20,000 bases of DNA. Source: an uncultured virus (IMG/VR IMGVR_UViG_3300006137_000088). Its lineage: Duplodnaviria > Heunggongvirae > Uroviricota > Caudoviricetes. The notes below the pieces were generated by a model that was given only the letters and a program-made list of their open reading frames with translations, was not told where the DNA came from and did not search any database. The translations under genes and the position numbers were made by a program. How positions within the stretch are numbered: position 1 is the first letter of the stretch; each line of letters starts with the position of its first letter. Shown piece after piece: positions 16,328 to 20,000 of this stretch. The stretch lies in the IMG/VR virus record IMGVR_UViG_3300006137_000088, one strand, 5' to 3'.

Positions 16328-16383
16328 GTCTCAAAATCTCATTGTCTCATTGTCTCATTGTCTCATTGTCTCATTGTCTCATT
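16328..16383. repeat. 8-bp tandem repeat GTCTCATT (five perfect + two degenerate copies), iteron-like
   Basis: gtctcaaa atctcatt (gtctcatt)x5, overlapping the DUF3987 stop codon. Confidence 0.9.
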
Positions 16384-17785
16384 TGGATATATCGATTTTG
16401 CAATATCGTCCATGTGCGTCTTTTGTGATAAAACCTCTGCCGCCTTCTTTCAAGAATCTGAATATTGAGGCACGTGAGATACCGAGTTTCTGTGCTTCTC
16501 GCAAAATTTCCTTCGTCGCAAACGAGTCCCCGAGATTTCCGAGCAGTTCAGTGTATCGTGTATCAAGCATACCGGTCTCCAGTTCCGGAGATATCCGTTC
16601 TTCCATCGTCCTGAAATATTCGGTCAGCAGTATTGCGCGTTCCGCACTCTCAATGTCGATTAGCTCCATAGATACGCCATCACAAATACCTCTCATAATC
16701 TGGATAACAAGGCAAAAACGTATAAGATACGTTTCAAGTTTTCCACATAGTGCCCTGACGGCATCTGAATCGGTGGCGGAATATTCGGCATTGCTCACCT
16801 CGATTTTCCAACGGTTCACACGGATTTTTGCCTCTGGAGAAAATGGAAGCTCATGTGAGATTACATTTCCCTCTTGGTCTGTTGTGGGAGTAAAGCCTAC
16901 CACCTTTCGGATTATTGTATCCCATTGTGCCAATACATCATCTGGCATATCAGTGTCATTCCATGCCGGCATTTCGTTGATTTCGGGGTACACTTTTAGG
17001 AAACGTGATGAAAAACCATTCAACATGCGTTTCCCTCCGAACTGTTCACCGAGACGTCCAGGCTGAGTAGTACCGATTATAGAGCAATACGGTTTCGACA
17101 AGAAAATATGCTCATTGTTTGATTTTCGACTATATTTGAATGGCGTACCGCTGAAGAGACTTAGAAAGTAGCCTTCATCAGAACCGTTATAGCGGTTGAA
17201 GTTGGAAAGAAGGCTGTCTATCTCGTCCTTGTATGTGAGAACTCCACGCGGATTGTCACGCAACGCTCCGATCAGTGCTTCTATTGTTGAATCAACGACC
17301 ACATGACATTTACGGATAGGAACAGCCATTTCCTCGGGCAATGAATTTTTCTCGCGTTGCTTGGCTGACATGCGTTCCCATTTGCGGTAACCCTCCATCT
17401 CCTTGCAATATATCCGGTCATATTCGCTGTCTATCTTTAACAGGGGTGCGACAGCCTGTTGCAGTGGCGGTGTCTTGCCACAGCTTGGTGAACCGACAAG
17501 CACCATGTAGATTATCGGACGGTCAATCCATCCGGTCATAAAACGGACTGACCATGTGTTGCCCATAGCTGCCGCAAACACCGTCAGGACTGAAGCTGCC
17601 GTGAAGTCTACGTTAAAGTTCTCGTATTCTTCAAAGGCTTCAACGATATTGCGGATTCCTTCCGGAAAAACCTCAAGGGGAAAAGTAGGAGAATCAGACA
17701 AGAGATCTTCTTCAAATTCATCCGAGTCGTCTTCTATCAAGCCACAAGCCGGTATAGGCGGTCTCTTGGGGTTGTAGTTTCTCAT
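16379..17785 (-). CDS. DUF3987/YfjI-family P-loop protein (putative helicase)
   Basis: FPLEVFP start, YMVLVGSPSCGKTPPL Walker A, DSTIEAL, RGVL..KDEI, SIIGTTQP, NGFSSRFL. Confidence 0.85.
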   Translation of the reverse strand: MRNYNPKRPPIPACGLIEDDSDEFEEDLLSDSPTFPLEVFPEGIRNIVEAFEEYENFNVDFTAASVLTVFAAAMGNTWSVRFMTGWIDRPIIYMVLVGSPSCGKTPPLQQAVAPLLKIDSEYDRIYCKEMEGYRKWERMSAKQREKNSLPEEMAVPIRKCHVVVDSTIEALIGALRDNPRGVLTYKDEIDSLLSNFNRYNGSDEGYFLSLFSGTPFKYSRKSNNEHIFLSKPYCSIIGTTQPGRLGEQFGGKRMLNGFSSRFLKVYPEINEMPAWNDTDMPDDVLAQWDTIIRKVVGFTPTTDQEGNVISHELPFSPEAKIRVNRWKIEVSNAEYSATDSDAVRALCGKLETYLIRFCLVIQIMRGICDGVSMELIDIESAERAILLTEYFRTMEERISPELETGMLDTRYTELLGNLGDSFATKEILREAQKLGISRASIFRFLKEGGRGFITKDAHGRYCKIDISK

Positions 17786-17790
17786 AGCAG

Positions 17791-18126
17791 TTAGATGTTA
17801 AGGTTACGATTTCCGAGAGCCTTGCGGACTTCATATTCAGGATAGAGAACTTTGTTCCCAGTCTTGACGGGTTTAAGTATTCCCTTGTTTGCCCAATGCC
17901 AAAGAGTGGCATCGCAGACGCCGAAGAGTTCCTTTACTTCGGTTTTGGTGAGCATACGCTCCTTCTTTGCGGCCTCGACCATTGAGCCGAGTTCATCCTT
18001 TGCACGACGGATCAGATCATCGGAAAAGGCTTTGAGGTCTTCGGCGCTCATCTCGACTTTGACGTGGGCGCGACCCTCATTGAGAATATCTAAAATGTGT
18101 TCCATATTTATTTCTATTACCGTCAT
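17791..18126 (-). CDS. Excisionase-like helix-turn-helix protein (HTH_17/MerR-like)
   Basis: MLTKTEVKELFGVCDATLWHWANKGILKPVKTGNKVLY. Confidence 0.88.
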   Translation of the reverse strand: MTVIEINMEHILDILNEGRAHVKVEMSAEDLKAFSDDLIRRAKDELGSMVEAAKKERMLTKTEVKELFGVCDATLWHWANKGILKPVKTGNKVLYPEYEVRKALGNRNLNI

Positions 18127-18191
18127 AGTTTGGGCGGTTCCGCTGACGGCTTAAGACGGAAACGCCACCGTTCCGAAATGGAACGATGGCG

Positions 18192-18199
18192 CAAAAGTA
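18192..18199 (-). promoter_or_regulatory. Bacteroidetes -7 promoter element for the xis-DUF3987 operon
   Basis: Minus strand TACTTTTG (TAnnTTTG) ~65 nt upstream of xis ATG, followed by a leader hairpin. Confidence 0.55.
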
Positions 18200-18287
18200 T
18201 AGCGGATTTTTTTGAAATAAGAAGAATTAGCTATTCGTTCAGGTCGCGAACCCAGAAACGAATCAAACGAATTGAAAAGGGGTTATT

Positions 18288-19247
18288 TCAGTCGAGGTTT
18301 TCAGGATTTTTCAGCAAAACTTCGGTCTTTATCTTGTCAATTGCGAAACGATTTTCAGGCTCGTTTTTTCCATATCTCTTGCCGTGAGGTAACAGGCTTT
18401 GGAGAGAATTAACGTCCTTTTGGACTTGTCGCGTTCCTACGATTTTGGCATCAGGGAAAGAGGTTTTCAATGCATTCATGAACCGGGTAACAGTCAGATT
18501 AGTCTTGATTTCATCAGTTTCAATAAGCGCAACGTATAAACACGCTACATCAATTCCGCGTACATTATACTTCAACCAATCACCAATACGATTCACCATA
18601 TTCTGATCATGAGTCGCTACAATAGCAGACAAATCCTCAACAAACTTCTCTTTCTTAGCTTGCTTGATAGGCGAAAGAGCGGCTTCCGCTACGTCATCAA
18701 TCACACTTAACGCCCATTCGGCAATATTACCACCTTCAAGGCATTTCTTGTAATTGAGATACTCGCCCAATTCTTTGCATGAACGCTGTTTTGTTCCGAC
18801 CAGACGCTTCATGACATCTTTAAGGAACTTGGAAAGCTGCCATTTGGCTTGCCTATTGTCAGACAACGCGATTGCATCCTCAATGTCCTCAATCACCATT
18901 TCCGAAGACCGACCGTATTTCAGCCAAGCAGCGAAAGGCAAACGATACTTCTCCCAATCCTCGTCCCCATTCGAATTAGTAAGCATCTGTTCAGTAAACC
19001 CCGACTGATGCAGGATCTCTACAAGCTCATCAACATTCACGCTGTCGATGTCAATCATATCCTCCAACCGTTTCTGAAATTCCGGAGAGGCAATAAAGGC
19101 TGCTTGCCCCATGAGAAATGTCTCCAATAAATCAGTATCACCCATTTCCATAGCAACCTCTCCATACTCCTGCGGATGGCTATCCATCCACGCCTTCAAA
19201 TCTTCCTTGCTCCTTTCAGGATCAATATTATTCCGGTTATCAATCAT
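18288..19247 (-). CDS. Hypothetical protein of the mobilizable element
   Basis: ~319-aa ORF co-oriented with xis; ATG at 19247 preferred over TTG at 19253; no catalytic motif recognised. Confidence 0.75.
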   Translation of the reverse strand: MIDNRNNIDPERSKEDLKAWMDSHPQEYGEVAMEMGDTDLLETFLMGQAAFIASPEFQKRLEDMIDIDSVNVDELVEILHQSGFTEQMLTNSNGDEDWEKYRLPFAAWLKYGRSSEMVIEDIEDAIALSDNRQAKWQLSKFLKDVMKRLVGTKQRSCKELGEYLNYKKCLEGGNIAEWALSVIDDVAEAALSPIKQAKKEKFVEDLSAIVATHDQNMVNRIGDWLKYNVRGIDVACLYVALIETDEIKTNLTVTRFMNALKTSFPDAKIVGTRQVQKDVNSLQSLLPHGKRYGKNEPENRFAIDKIKTEVLLKNPENLD

Positions 19248-19602
19248 ATTCAAAAGTGTTTAGACTGTAAAATTACAATAGCCTTAAGCCATTAGACGTT
19301 ATCGCTTCGCGCTTGCGTAGCAAGAATTGTGCAACAACAAAGTTCGTTCATTTCAATTGCTAAATCACCCTCTTTGGACACAATTCTCATCTTTTCCCAT
19401 AAAATCCCACATTATACCATCTCCATTAGACCAAAATAGTAAGAGATAGCAGTAACTCATGCACATATTGTCTCCGTTTCCCAATCGCACTTTAGGGGCT
19501 GAAATCAGTCATAAACAAACCAACGAGTCCATTCTTCGCAACATTCTCATAGCAAGCACGGTGGATTATTCAAAAATCAGTTGCTCACCTCCCAAATTTT
19601 TG

Positions 19603-20000
19603 GGCTCAAGCCGAAAGCACGGTGCATATGTTAAATTGGGCAATTAGAAGTGTTAAATTTTTTAGGCGTAGAGTTTGACCAATCGGAAGATGAAGAAGTC
19701 GCGGTCTCGGACACCACGCATTTGTGAGCGAAAGATCTTGACTTTAGAGTTGAATGCCTCGGCGGAGGCATTGGTCGCACGACGACGGAAGTAGTTCAGG
19801 ATAGTTGGAGCGTGGTTCTTGAATGTTTTGATTACCGAGCGGAAGTTGTTGTTACCAAGAGCCATTACCTTTTCATACCACTTGTTCATCCGCCCCATGG
19901 CTTTTGTCGGTGAGATTTTAGCGTTGAAAATCTTGCGCAGCTCCATCGCAAGGCTGTATGCAGCCTTCAATATTGGATAGTATTTGAACAGTATGTTGAC
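19603..20000 (-). mobile_element. ISL3-family insertion sequence (partial)
   Basis: Transposase C-terminus plus candidate terminal repeat GGCTCAAGCCGAAA beginning 19603, flanked by AT-rich AATTTTTG. Confidence 0.7.
19662..20000 (-). CDS. ISL3-family transposase, C-terminal part (5' partial)
   Basis: LKAAYSL...LRKIF...ILNYF...TNASAEAFNSKVKIFRSQMRGVRD is the ISL3 C-terminal signature; frame open to the window edge. Confidence 0.9.
   Translation of the reverse strand, partial: VNILFKYYPILKAAYSLAMELRKIFNAKISPTKAMGRMNKWYEKVMALGNNNFRSVIKTFKNHAPTILNYFRRRATNASAEAFNSKVKIFRSQMRGVRDRDFFIFRLVKLYA

Larger units (their letters stand above)
13075..20000 (-). mobile_element. Integrative mobilizable element (Bacteroidales type), partial at right edge
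   Basis: Relaxase, MobC, oriT-like site, DUF3987 and excisionase on - strand next to an att core; integrase not in the window. Confidence 0.8.

Noticed and set aside
15470..16383. CRISPR array or DGR template/variable repeat pair
   Set aside because: No constant repeat with unique spacers, no cas or reverse transcriptase gene in the window, and differences between the 122-bp copies are not adenine-specific.
16302..17066. 254-aa + strand ORF
   Set aside because: Antisense to DUF3987; its N-terminus is just the translated 8-bp repeat.
19254..19602. Gene in the gap next to the IS
   Set aside because: Only short ORFs without recognisable features; may be a remnant disrupted by the IS but cannot be supported.

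Overview
The window has two mobile regions, most likely from a Bacteroidales genome. Bases 1-~13074 are the right end of a large temperate phage-like element, all on the + strand. Its replication genes are a primase C-terminus, a DnaE-type polymerase encoded as two overlapping ORFs, a guanylate-kinase fusion and a DEDDh exonuclease. These are followed by terS, a lysis cassette, terL and a gp36/DUF1320-like head protein. The element ends at a 13-bp copy of a tRNA-Phe-like 3' end (probable att site). Bases ~13075-20000 are an integrative mobilizable element on the - strand (relaxase, MobC, oriT-like site in 8-bp periodic DNA, DUF3987, excisionase, hypothetical), with an ISL3 transposase running off the right edge. 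The most striking observation is the dnaE split. It falls just before the catalytic PDIDxDF motif, and the two new ends carry complementary acidic and basic halves of an intein-like (Hint) domain whose splicing residues are lost, suggesting a non-splicing 'clasp' that assembles a two-chain polymerase. The C-terminal chain also holds a separate, apparently intact intein with an HNH endonuclease. Family names come from motif recognition only; no searches were run.
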